DNA of 64,000 bases from Chloroflexota bacterium. GTDB taxonomy: Bacteria; Chloroflexota; UBA11872. This document shows positions 38,394 through 47,177 of this stretch, one piece after another (the stretch's first letter is position 1; each line of letters opens with the position of its first letter). Below the pieces are notes generated by a model. It was not told where the DNA came from. It saw only the letters and a list, made by a program, of their open reading frames with translations, and made no database searches. Location of the stretch: positions 9,372 through 73,371 of the forward strand of contig JAPOVQ010000013.1 in assembly GCA_026708035.1 (NCBI GenBank). The letters are read 5' to 3'. The translations under genes were made by a program, and so were the position numbers.

Positions 38394-39221
38394 ATGTATA
38401 GCCGGATCAAGCGCCGCGCCTACGAGATCGTCGAGCCGACGCCCGAAGGCGACCGCCCAAGCCACTTCTTCGACATGGCCCTTATCACGCTCATTTCGCT
38501 CAACCTGCTGGCGATCGCCCTCGAGACGATTTCGCCCCTTGACGAGCGGGCCGGCGGCGCCTTTCTTGTCTTCGAGATCGTATCCGTGGCGATCTTCACG
38601 GTGGAATATCTCGTGCGCGTCTGGGCGTGCACGGAAGATCCGGCCTTCGCCCACCCAATAAAGGGACGGCTGCGGTTTGCGATTCAGCCGATGGTGCTGA
38701 TGGACCTGATCGCCATCCTTCCGTTCTACATCCCGCTGCTGGTGACGGCCGACTTGCGCTTCGTGCGCTCGCTGCGGCTGCTGCGAGTCTTCCGGCTGGT
38801 CAAGATCACGCGCTATTCCGAGTCCATGACAATCGTCGGCTCGGTCCTGCGCAGTCGTCGCGAGGTGTTGCTCTCCACCCTGTTCGTCACCTTCGTCCTC
38901 CTGTTCATGGCGTCGGTGCTGATGTACTTGGCGGAGCGCGACGCGCAGCCCGAAGGCTTCTCGAGCATTCCGGCCGCCATGTGGTGGGGCATGGTGACGC
39001 TGACGACCGTGGGCTATGGCGACCTGGCGCCGGCGACGCCGGTCGGTCGCATTCTGGGCGCCGTGGTCGCGCTGTTTGGCATTGGGCTCTTCGCCTTGCC
39101 CGCCGGAATCCTGGGGTCGGCCTTCGTGGACGAAATCGAGGCCCGCCGGTCCGCGAGGCAAGTGCAGGCGTGCCCCCATTGCGGCAAGCCCATCGGCGAC
39201 CACGCGTCATCCGACACATGA
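38394..39221 (+). CDS. Voltage-gated K+ channel (6-TM Kv/KvAP-like).
   Basis: Selectivity filter TTVGYGD (MVTLTTVGYGDLAP); S4-like helix RFVRSLRLLRVFRLVKITR with Arg at every third position. Confidence 0.8.
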   Translation: MYSRIKRRAYEIVEPTPEGDRPSHFFDMALITLISLNLLAIALETISPLDERAGGAFLVFEIVSVAIFTVEYLVRVWACTEDPAFAHPIKGRLRFAIQPMVLMDLIAILPFYIPLLVTADLRFVRSLRLLRVFRLVKITRYSESMTIVGSVLRSRREVLLSTLFVTFVLLFMASVLMYLAERDAQPEGFSSIPAAMWWGMVTLTTVGYGDLAPATPVGRILGAVVALFGIGLFALPAGILGSAFVDEIEARRSARQVQACPHCGKPIGDHASSDT

Positions 39222-39272
39222 CCCAGGGCGCGTTGGTACCCTCGGCCATCCCGCGCGTGCGAGAGATCAGCC

Positions 39273-40121
39273 ATGACGTCTGACGCGCCCATCGTTGTCG
39301 ACGCCCACAACCACTATTGGGTGATCGGGAAGTCCCACTTGAATTGGATGGACGACTCCATCCCCGACACGTTGCGCCGGACGTACACCCCGTCCACCCT
39401 CAAGCCGCGCATGGACGCCGCGGGCGTGCATCGCTCGGTCATCGTCGAGGCGAGCACGGAGTGGGCCGAGCAGCCCTGGTACCTGGACCTGTGCGACGAG
39501 TACGACTTCGTCGTCGGCGTGATCGCCAACCTGGATCTTACGGCCTCGGATCTCGAAGCGAAGCTGGAAAAGCTTGCGGCCAGTCCCTGGTTCAAGGGCC
39601 TGCGCGCCGGGGCCGAGAACATGCCCGACACCGCCTGGCTGGCCCGCGACGACGTGCGCCGCGGCATCCGTACCGTGGTCTCGCGCGGCTACATCGTGGA
39701 GCTGCTGGTCAAGACGCCGCACCTGCCCCACATCCCCACGATCGCGCGGGAAAACGATGGCGGGAAGCTGATCGTGGATCACATGGCCAAGCCGCCGTTC
39801 GAATCGGGCGACCTCTCGGCGTGGCATGAGGGCATGCGCGCGCTGGCGCCCTACGAGCACCTGCGGGTGAAGGTTTCGGGCCTGCTCACCGAGTGCCCCT
39901 CGTCGCCGACCACGGCAACCATCCAGCCGGCGGTCGACACGGTCCTCGACGCGTTCGACATCGACCGGCTGATCTGGGGCAGCGACTGGCCGGTGGCCCT
40001 GATGGCCGCCCCCTACGAGGACACGTTCGAGCGGGTCACGGCCGCACTGGGCGGGCTCAGCCCCAGCGAACGCGCGGCGCTGCTTGGCGGAAACGCCATT
40101 GATTTCTACGAGCTTGCATGA
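39273..40121 (+). CDS. Amidohydrolase_2-family metal-dependent hydrolase (TIM barrel; family includes sugar-acid lactonases).
   Basis: MTSDAPIVVDAHNHYW...; a C-terminal ..DRLIWGSDWP.. block fits the amidohydrolase_2 family. Confidence 0.55.
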   Translation: MTSDAPIVVDAHNHYWVIGKSHLNWMDDSIPDTLRRTYTPSTLKPRMDAAGVHRSVIVEASTEWAEQPWYLDLCDEYDFVVGVIANLDLTASDLEAKLEKLAASPWFKGLRAGAENMPDTAWLARDDVRRGIRTVVSRGYIVELLVKTPHLPHIPTIARENDGGKLIVDHMAKPPFESGDLSAWHEGMRALAPYEHLRVKVSGLLTECPSSPTTATIQPAVDTVLDAFDIDRLIWGSDWPVALMAAPYEDTFERVTAALGGLSPSERAALLGGNAIDFYELA

Positions 40122-40267
40122 GACGTGCCTGCCGAACATGAGCAATTGGAGATCGTCGGCGCACCGGACGGAATGCGCGCTGCGTGCGTTTCAACTTCCA
40201 ACACGTACTTTCGGGCACGCTCTAGCGTGATGGAATACCGGCCAAACCCCGCAACCGTCTGCTGTAG

Positions 40268-42082
40268 ATGCCTGACGAAAGGAATAGGATGCCCGTACAA
40301 CGCTATTCGGTAAACCAATATCCAATCGAGACCTTACTCACCTGGATCAAGACGGATGAGATCGCTATCCCAGAGATCCAAAGACCATTTGTTTGGAACG
40401 CGGCTAAGGTGAGGGACTTCATAGACTCTCTCTACAACGGCTATCCCGTCGGTTATCTGATCGCATGGCGGAACCACGATGTTCGACTGAAGGACGGAAC
40501 TCAGTCGGCAGGCAAGCGCATATTGATCGACGGTCAGCAGCGCGTAACCGCGTTACTGGCTGCACTGCTTGGCGAGCAAGTAGTCACCAAGGCCTACAAG
40601 CGCACCCGAGTTTCCATAGCTTTTCACCCCGGTGAAGAACGCTTCGAAGTAACGAATGCGGCAATTCGCCGCGACCGCGGATGGATCGCCGATATCTCTA
40701 CCATGTTCTCGTCAGACGTTAAGATATTACAGATATTAGATCAATATTGTAACGCGAATCCAGCGGCAGACCGGGACAAATCCTACGAGTGCCTTGAGAA
40801 GCTTCGCGGGATTACCAGTAACCATCTCGGCCTAATCGAGTTGAACTCGGATCTTGAGGTGGAGACCGTGGCGGAGATCTTCGTGCGCATCAACCGCCAG
40901 GGAGTGACGCTCAATGCGGCCGATTTCGCAATGTCCAAGATGGCGGCAACCGAACAGCACAACGGCCACCTGCTACGCAAGTGCATCGATTACTTCTGCC
41001 ACCTTGCAGTTGCTCCGGAAGCGTACTCGAATCTAGCGAACGATGGAGACTTTGCCTCCACTGAGTACTTTCGTACATTGGAGTGGCTGAAGCACGAAAA
41101 AGACGACCTTTATGATCCCTCATATACAGATATGCTGCGGGTCGCATTCACATCACGGTTCAAGCGCGGAAGCTTAGAAGATTTGGTTGCACTACTCTCG
41201 GGCCGTAATTTCGAGACCCGAGTCTTTGAAGAAGCAACGGCGCAGAAGTCATTCGAGACACTTGAGAATGGCATCCTGAGCTATATGAACGAGACTAACT
41301 TCAAGCGGTTTACTATGATCCTACGCTCTGCTGGATTCGTAGATTCGTCTTTAATACGGTCCCACAATACTGTAAATTTTGCTTACATACTCTATCTGAC
41401 ACTACGTGAACAGCAGGAAGCTCCTCATCGGATAGAACGGCTCGTTCGCCGTTGGTTTGTGATGTCAATCCTGACTGGCCGGTATACTGGCTCTCCTGAA
41501 ACCGCCTTCGGCGTCGATATTGGCAACATTGATTCGCAAGGCGCAGCTGCCTATCTTGATACCATCGAACGCGGTGAGCTCTCAAGCGCGTTCTGGGATG
41601 TTGGTCTGCCTCAACAGATGGATTCGTCTGTGGCTAGCAGCCCTTATGTCAACGTTTACCTTGCCAGTCAAATAAGAGCACAGGACAAGGGATTTCTCTC
41701 GCGCGACATAACCGTTCGTGACTTAATCGAAGGTCAACTGCACATTCATCATGTTTTCCCCCGAAACTACTTGAGGCAGCATGGGTTGCAACGAAGGCGG
41801 TATAATCAGATTGCGAATTATGTAGTGATGCAGCCGGAAATCAACATCGCAATTGGAGACAATGCTCCATCGGCATATTTTTCCGAGCTATGGCACCAAT
41901 GTAACAATGGGCAGACTCGGTACGGAGGGATTACTGACGCCGATGAACTGAAAGACAATCTTGGTTCTCACTGCATCCCTGGCGGGATGGATTCGGCTAC
42001 AGCTGGAGACTATGACCGGTTTCTTATAGAACGGCGAAGGTTAATGGCTGGAAAGATGCATGATTACTATGTGGCTCTATAG
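40268..42082 (+). CDS. GmrSD-like type IV restriction endonuclease: DUF262 (ParB-like NTPase/nuclease) N-domain plus DUF1524 (His-Me/HNH-like) C-domain.
   Basis: DUF262 signature ...[33 protein letters not shown]...[13 protein letters not shown] (DGQQR). C-terminal ...[16 protein letters not shown]... (DUF1524 His-Me finger). The gene and its flanks (40125..42310) are markedly AT-richer than the rest of the window. Confidence 0.75.
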   Translation: MPDERNRMPVQRYSVNQYPIETLLTWIKTDEIAIPEIQRPFVWNAAKVRDFIDSLYNGYPVGYLIAWRNHDVRLKDGTQSAGKRILIDGQQRVTALLAALLGEQVVTKAYKRTRVSIAFHPGEERFEVTNAAIRRDRGWIADISTMFSSDVKILQILDQYCNANPAADRDKSYECLEKLRGITSNHLGLIELNSDLEVETVAEIFVRINRQGVTLNAADFAMSKMAATEQHNGHLLRKCIDYFCHLAVAPEAYSNLANDGDFASTEYFRTLEWLKHEKDDLYDPSYTDMLRVAFTSRFKRGSLEDLVALLSGRNFETRVFEEATAQKSFETLENGILSYMNETNFKRFTMILRSAGFVDSSLIRSHNTVNFAYILYLTLREQQEAPHRIERLVRRWFVMSILTGRYTGSPETAFGVDIGNIDSQGAAAYLDTIERGELSSAFWDVGLPQQMDSSVASSPYVNVYLASQIRAQDKGFLSRDITVRDLIEGQLHIHHVFPRNYLRQHGLQRRRYNQIANYVVMQPEINIAIGDNAPSAYFSELWHQCNNGQTRYGGITDADELKDNLGSHCIPGGMDSATAGDYDRFLIERRRLMAGKMHDYYVAL

Positions 42083-42317
42083 TGACTCTGCCGAACAGCC
42101 ATCGCTCGTTATTGTGTATATGGACCTTTGCAAGTGTCGGTTGTCCTGGCCCGAAGGCTTGTGGAGCTGTCGGTTGGAACAGTCTTTCTCTCGGTTTGGC
42201 TGTAGAGTGTGGTTGAATGCAAGATTGGAATGTTTTCATTCGTAATAGAACCGTCGGATGCTCGTATTGGCAGCGCGCGGCGGGCGAGTTGAGCGCGCAC
42301 ACAAGGGAGGCGTATAG

Positions 42318-43898
42318 ATGTCATCGATGACGATGCGGCTGACGAAGCGGCAGTTCCTGCGGCTGGTCGGATCGGCCGCCGGCGTGGCGGCGACCTACCA
42401 CACCATGAACACGCTGGGCCTGTTGGGCCCGGCGAGCGCGCAGGCGGCGACGCCGGACCTGCCGAACGGCTCGGGCTTCGGCAAGCGCGTGGTGATCCTG
42501 GGCGCCGGCATCTCCGGCATGACGGCCGCCTACGAGCTATCCAAGGCGGGCTATCACTGCACCATCCTGGAAGCCACCAACCGCGCCGGCGGTCGCAATC
42601 TGACGGCTCGCGCGGGTGACGTGATCCACGAGGTCGACAGCCGGCAATGGGTGGACTTCGACCACGAGGACCATCTCTACGCCAACCTCGGCCCGGCCCG
42701 CATCCCCTACCACCACCGCGCCATCCTTGGCTACTGCAAGGCGTTCGGCGTCGAGCTCGAGATGTTCACCAACGACAACCGCGCCGCCTTCTTCCACAAC
42801 GCCGAGCGGTTTGGCGGGCAGCCGGTCGTGGGGCGGCGGGTGATGACCGACCAGCGCGGCTACATCGCCGAGCTGCTGGCCAAGGCCATCAACCGCAACG
42901 CGCTGGACGACGACCTGACCGCCGACGACAAAGAGCGGCTCCTGCCCATGCTGGTCGAGTTCGGCGGCCTGGACGCCGACTATCTTTACGCTGGCTCGAA
43001 TCGCGCCGGCTACCAGGGCGAGAGCGTCAATGCGGGGCTCGCGCCGGGTGACGTCAACGATCCCCTGGACTTCAGCGAGCTGCTGCGGTCGGAGTTCTGG
43101 GAATACAAGCTCCACTTCAGCCAATTCCTCAACCAGAATCCGACCCTGTTTCAACCCGTGGGCGGCATGGACGCCATCGCCAAGGCCTTCGAGACAAGGG
43201 TCAGGCGGATCATCCGCTACAACAGCCCCGTCGAGGAGATCCGCAAGACTGCCGACGGCGCCCGCGTGGTCCACCGGAACCAACGCAGCGGAGTCAGCGA
43301 AGCCGTCGACGCCGATTACGTCATCTGCACCATCCCCGCGCCGGTCCTGAAGGACATCCCCAACGACTTCACGCCCGAGACCCAGGCCGCCATCGAGTCC
43401 GTCGCGTTCGTTCCCGCCGTCAAGATCGGCTTCCAGGCTCGCCGCCGCTTCTGGGAAGACGACCACGCCATCTATGGCGGCATCTCGTGGACCGACCAGG
43501 ACATCACCCAAATCTGGTATCCGGCGAACGGGTACCACCGCGAGAAGGGCGTCGTCATGGGCGCCTACATCTGGGACGACTTCCCAGGCCAGGGCGAGCG
43601 CTGGGCGAATATGACCCCGCCGGAGCGCCTGCGGACCGCCATCGCCGAGGGCGAGCACCTCCACCCCGGATATGCCCAGGAGATCGAGTCGGGCATCAGC
43701 CGCGCCTGGCTCAAGGCGCCCTATCAGCTCGGTGCCTGGCCCGAGAGCTACCAGCCCCCCGCTGAGATCCTCGCCCCCGACGGCCCGATCTACTTCGCCG
43801 GCGACCAGGTCACCGCACTGCCGGGCTGGCAGGAAGGCGCCGCCCTGGCGGCCCACGCGGTGGTGAACGCCATCCACGCGCGGATCATGGCGGGCTAA
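42318..43898 (+). CDS. Tat-exported flavin-containing amine oxidase (L-amino-acid/monoamine oxidase family).
   Basis: Tat motif TKRQFLRLVGSAAGVA; dinucleotide-binding VVILGAGISGMTAAYELSKAGYHCTILEATNRAGGR. Confidence 0.7.
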   Translation: MSSMTMRLTKRQFLRLVGSAAGVAATYHTMNTLGLLGPASAQAATPDLPNGSGFGKRVVILGAGISGMTAAYELSKAGYHCTILEATNRAGGRNLTARAGDVIHEVDSRQWVDFDHEDHLYANLGPARIPYHHRAILGYCKAFGVELEMFTNDNRAAFFHNAERFGGQPVVGRRVMTDQRGYIAELLAKAINRNALDDDLTADDKERLLPMLVEFGGLDADYLYAGSNRAGYQGESVNAGLAPGDVNDPLDFSELLRSEFWEYKLHFSQFLNQNPTLFQPVGGMDAIAKAFETRVRRIIRYNSPVEEIRKTADGARVVHRNQRSGVSEAVDADYVICTIPAPVLKDIPNDFTPETQAAIESVAFVPAVKIGFQARRRFWEDDHAIYGGISWTDQDITQIWYPANGYHREKGVVMGAYIWDDFPGQGERWANMTPPERLRTAIAEGEHLHPGYAQEIESGISRAWLKAPYQLGAWPESYQPPAEILAPDGPIYFAGDQVTALPGWQEGAALAAHAVVNAIHARIMAG

Positions 43899-44316
43899 GG
43901 CGCGGTCCCCGCGCTGATGGATCGTCAGGCGGTCTGGATTGGGGCCGATCCAGGCGGAACTACGAATTTTGGCATCGCGGAGCTGTACGCGGACGGCACT
44001 ACTAGGACCGCCTGCGTCTCATCCGCCCGCGAAGCCGCCGGGTGGGTCAGAGGCGCAGATCGGGCCAAGCACCAACATATTGCCTAGCGGCCGTGTGTTG
44101 CGGTCCTCGTCCGAGCGGCTTTCGAATATAGACATTTCATCATATCTGGATATTCTCCTGTGCTAACGTTCACGCGCCGTTAAACGAGTAGGCATTGCGG
44201 GGCGTGTGCATGCTTAGTGACAGCCACATGCAGGCCGCGGCGCCGGTCCTGTTGCAAGTGAGAGTGACGACCACGCGCCTGACAGTGCGGCTGGCTTCCG
44301 ACGTGCAGAACTGACC

Positions 44317-45996
44317 ATGGAACTAATCCTGGCGATCCTAGTCTTGAGCGCCATCGCCGCTCTCGTCGGAGCCATCATCAGGCAGATTTCATTCAATAGG
44401 GCGGCACGGACCTTCGACGTTCCCGCCCTTGTCCGCCAGGGCTGGCGAATAGAAAGCGAAACTGACCAGCACGTAGTGCTCGTCAAAGGGCATCGCGTCA
44501 ACCACGTCCTTCACCTGCTTCTGTGCATTCCGACCGTCGGTCTATGGGTAGTCGTCTGGGTCCTCCTGGCCATCACCGGTGGCGAGCAGCGGAAAGTGAT
44601 ACCAAATCGCGACCCAGAAGTCGACCCCACCACTCGATCGCGCACAGTGCCGACGACTCGATCCAGCAGACCAATCGCCGATCGATTGGACAAACCTGAG
44701 ACTGCTGGATCAAAAGCGCGCTCGACAGCGTCACCAGGCGAACACTCACAAGTCGGATCTGCGGCAAAGTGGCTAACCACTAGCTTTACGGGGCTAATCG
44801 TCCTAGTAGTCCTAATCGCGTTCATTGTGGGTGCCGTGGCCGACAATCAGGCTTCCAGAATCCAACCTTCTTACACCCCGAACTTTCTCGCTAGCACACC
44901 TACTCCGTCCGCCCCGCGTGCTCTACTTCTCCGTCTCACGCCTACTCCAGCCTCTCGTTCAGCTCCCACCTCAACACCCGCACTCTTGCGCACGCCCACC
45001 CCAACCCAAAGCCCACCTCCGAGTCCTACGCCTACGATAACTCCCACCCCCGTACCTACCCCGACTCCCACTCCGCGGCCCACTCCTACCCCTACTCCCG
45101 CGCCCATCGAGATGGCACTTGCCGAACTCCTAGACGAATATGACCAAAACAAAGTGCGCGCCAATACCCAACTGCGATACCAGCAGAATGGCAAACGAGA
45201 AGTAGCTACCTCCGGCTTTATTTCTCGTATCGAAGAACTTTATAGTGTTCTCACGCCCACGCAGGAAGGGTACTCAGCTCAAGAGCTGCGTTGCTATTAC
45301 GCCAATACAGAAGCAGCATTGCACATTACAAAAGGTGAATCCGTTTCAGTGATCGGTAGAATCCGAGGGGTAGGTGAATATTCGGGTGTATTGCACATGT
45401 ATGCATGTAAATTGAAGGGACTGGAATTGGAGTCATATCCCAAAGTATCTATCAGATCGCTTCGCGAAAATGTTGTGCAGGTATTTTGCGTTCAGGAAGC
45501 ATCTGTCTTCGGTGTCGTAAGGCTCTCGTCGGAAAACAGAGGAACAGGTGTGATTATAGATGCCGAAGAGGGCACAATATTAACCGTGCATCATGTAGTC
45601 GCAGACGAAAACGACTGCAAAAGGGTGGAGATTTCGTTACCCGGATCTGCACAACGAATCCCGGTGGCGATTCGCAAGCACTGTGCATCGATCGACAGGG
45701 CCCGGCTACAGGTATCTCCCCGAGTCTTCGGGTCACGGCCAATTGAAGCCATCTACAGATCGTCTGCTCCTGCTCAGATTGATGAAGAGGTCCACTTTTG
45801 GGGATACGGTCCTGGCGCACTACGAATGGAAACCGGACTGGTACAAGAGGCCTGGGGTGATAACTTCGTCATTGACGCGTATGCAGTGCTAGGAGATTCA
45901 GGATCCCCGGTGTTTGATGAGAATGGGCACTTACTTGGAACGATCTCCCGAGGTAACCGATCTGACCGAACGGTGTTTACGGGCGATGAGTGCTAG
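44317..45996 (+). CDS. Membrane-anchored trypsin-like (S1) serine protease with a Pro/Thr-rich linker, in a low-GC insertion.
   Basis: N-terminal TM helices ([21 protein letters not shown]; [23 protein letters not shown]), a PT linker ([70 protein letters not shown]), and a protease domain with TVHHVV (His), IDRARL (Asp) and [19 protein letters not shown] (Ser). GC falls to roughly 45-55% across 43900..46060. Confidence 0.65.
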   Translation: MELILAILVLSAIAALVGAIIRQISFNRAARTFDVPALVRQGWRIESETDQHVVLVKGHRVNHVLHLLLCIPTVGLWVVVWVLLAITGGEQRKVIPNRDPEVDPTTRSRTVPTTRSSRPIADRLDKPETAGSKARSTASPGEHSQVGSAAKWLTTSFTGLIVLVVLIAFIVGAVADNQASRIQPSYTPNFLASTPTPSAPRALLLRLTPTPASRSAPTSTPALLRTPTPTQSPPPSPTPTITPTPVPTPTPTPRPTPTPTPAPIEMALAELLDEYDQNKVRANTQLRYQQNGKREVATSGFISRIEELYSVLTPTQEGYSAQELRCYYANTEAALHITKGESVSVIGRIRGVGEYSGVLHMYACKLKGLELESYPKVSIRSLRENVVQVFCVQEASVFGVVRLSSENRGTGVIIDAEEGTILTVHHVVADENDCKRVEISLPGSAQRIPVAIRKHCASIDRARLQVSPRVFGSRPIEAIYRSSAPAQIDEEVHFWGYGPGALRMETGLVQEAWGDNFVIDAYAVLGDSGSPVFDENGHLLGTISRGNRSDRTVFTGDEC

Positions 45997-46115
45997 TGCG
46001 ACCCGGTGAGTTCGCTGGAAGTGTCCTGACCGCCAATGCCATCACCTGCCCCCACCAGCTCACACTGGCCTAAGATGCACCTGCCCACGCTCGCACCGAT
46101 TCCCGGAGACGCCTG

Positions 46116-47015
46116 ATGGAGCTATGGAACAACGTGTGGGACGCCTTCAATGCGCCCATGTTCAGCCTGGGGGAAGAGCCCATCACCCCCCTCAGCATCC
46201 TTGTGCTGCTGGTCATCCTGGCGGTCACCTGGATCATCGCCGGCCGCGTGCGCTGGCTGATCGAGCGCCGCATTGGCGAAGTCGCCGACATCCAGGAAAG
46301 CACGCTACACATCATTGGAAACCTCGGCCGATACTTCATCATCCTCGCCGGCCTCTTCATCGGCTTTCAGTCGATCGGCCTGCAGCTGGATTCCGTGCTC
46401 ATCATCTTCGGCGCCCTGGGCGTGGGCATCGGCTTCGGCCTGCAGAATATTGCCAACAACTTCGTCTCCGGCGTCATCCTCCTCATCGAGCGCCCGGTCA
46501 AGGTCGGCGACATCATCGACGTGGGCGGTGAGTTGGGCACCGTTGAGCGCATCAGCATCCGCGCCACGACCCTGCGCAAGTTCGACCAGACGCAGGCCAT
46601 CGTGCCCAACGGCGACCTCATTTCCACCACCGTCACCAACTGGACCCACGACGACCGCCGCGTGCGGGTCGACTTCATTGTCGGCGTCGCCTACGGCTCT
46701 GATACCCGTCTAGTCGAGCGCCTGATTCGCGAAGCCGTCAACGGCCACGAGAAGATTCTCGACGATCCGGAACCCCGCATCTTCTTCTTCGAATTCGGCG
46801 ACTCATCGCTCAATTTCCGCATCCTGTGTTACGTCGCCGACATCAGCGAGCGATTTGCCACGCTCAGCGATTTGCACTTCCAGATCGACGAGGCGTTCCG
46901 GGAGCACGACGTCGAGATCCCGTTCCCGCAGCGCGATCTGCACGTACGCTCGATCGACTCCGACGCGGTGCTGCGGCACGCGCCAAACGGCACGAACGGC
47001 TCGCCGAAGGCGTAG
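46116..47015 (+). CDS. Small-conductance mechanosensitive channel (MscS family).
   Basis: IANNFVSGVILLIERPVKVGDIIDVGGELGTVERISIRATTLRKFDQTQAIVPNGDLISTTVTNWT is the conserved MscS beta-domain block, preceded by 3 TM helices. Confidence 0.8.
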   Translation: MELWNNVWDAFNAPMFSLGEEPITPLSILVLLVILAVTWIIAGRVRWLIERRIGEVADIQESTLHIIGNLGRYFIILAGLFIGFQSIGLQLDSVLIIFGALGVGIGFGLQNIANNFVSGVILLIERPVKVGDIIDVGGELGTVERISIRATTLRKFDQTQAIVPNGDLISTTVTNWTHDDRRVRVDFIVGVAYGSDTRLVERLIREAVNGHEKILDDPEPRIFFFEFGDSSLNFRILCYVADISERFATLSDLHFQIDEAFREHDVEIPFPQRDLHVRSIDSDAVLRHAPNGTNGSPKA

Positions 47016-47094
47016 AGGGCAAACGGGCGGCCACAAGGGCCGCCCCTACAAGACAGCATCCGGCGTCCGGCCGGTCCTTGCGGCCGCCCGGATG

Positions 47095-47175
47095 CCCGGT
47101 GGCCCGCGCTGCGTGCAGCGTGGGACTGGCCCCGGTTGGGTCTCCCAGGCTGTGCGCAGCCTGGGCCGCCGGGCG
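47095..47175. repeat. Module C palindromic repeat between convergent genes.
   Basis: ggtggcccgcgctgcgtgcagcgtgggactggccccggttgggtctcccaggctgtgcgcagcctgggccgccggg is almost identical to 31537..31612. It is positioned like a bidirectional terminator/REP element. Confidence 0.75.
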
Positions 47176-47177
47176 GC

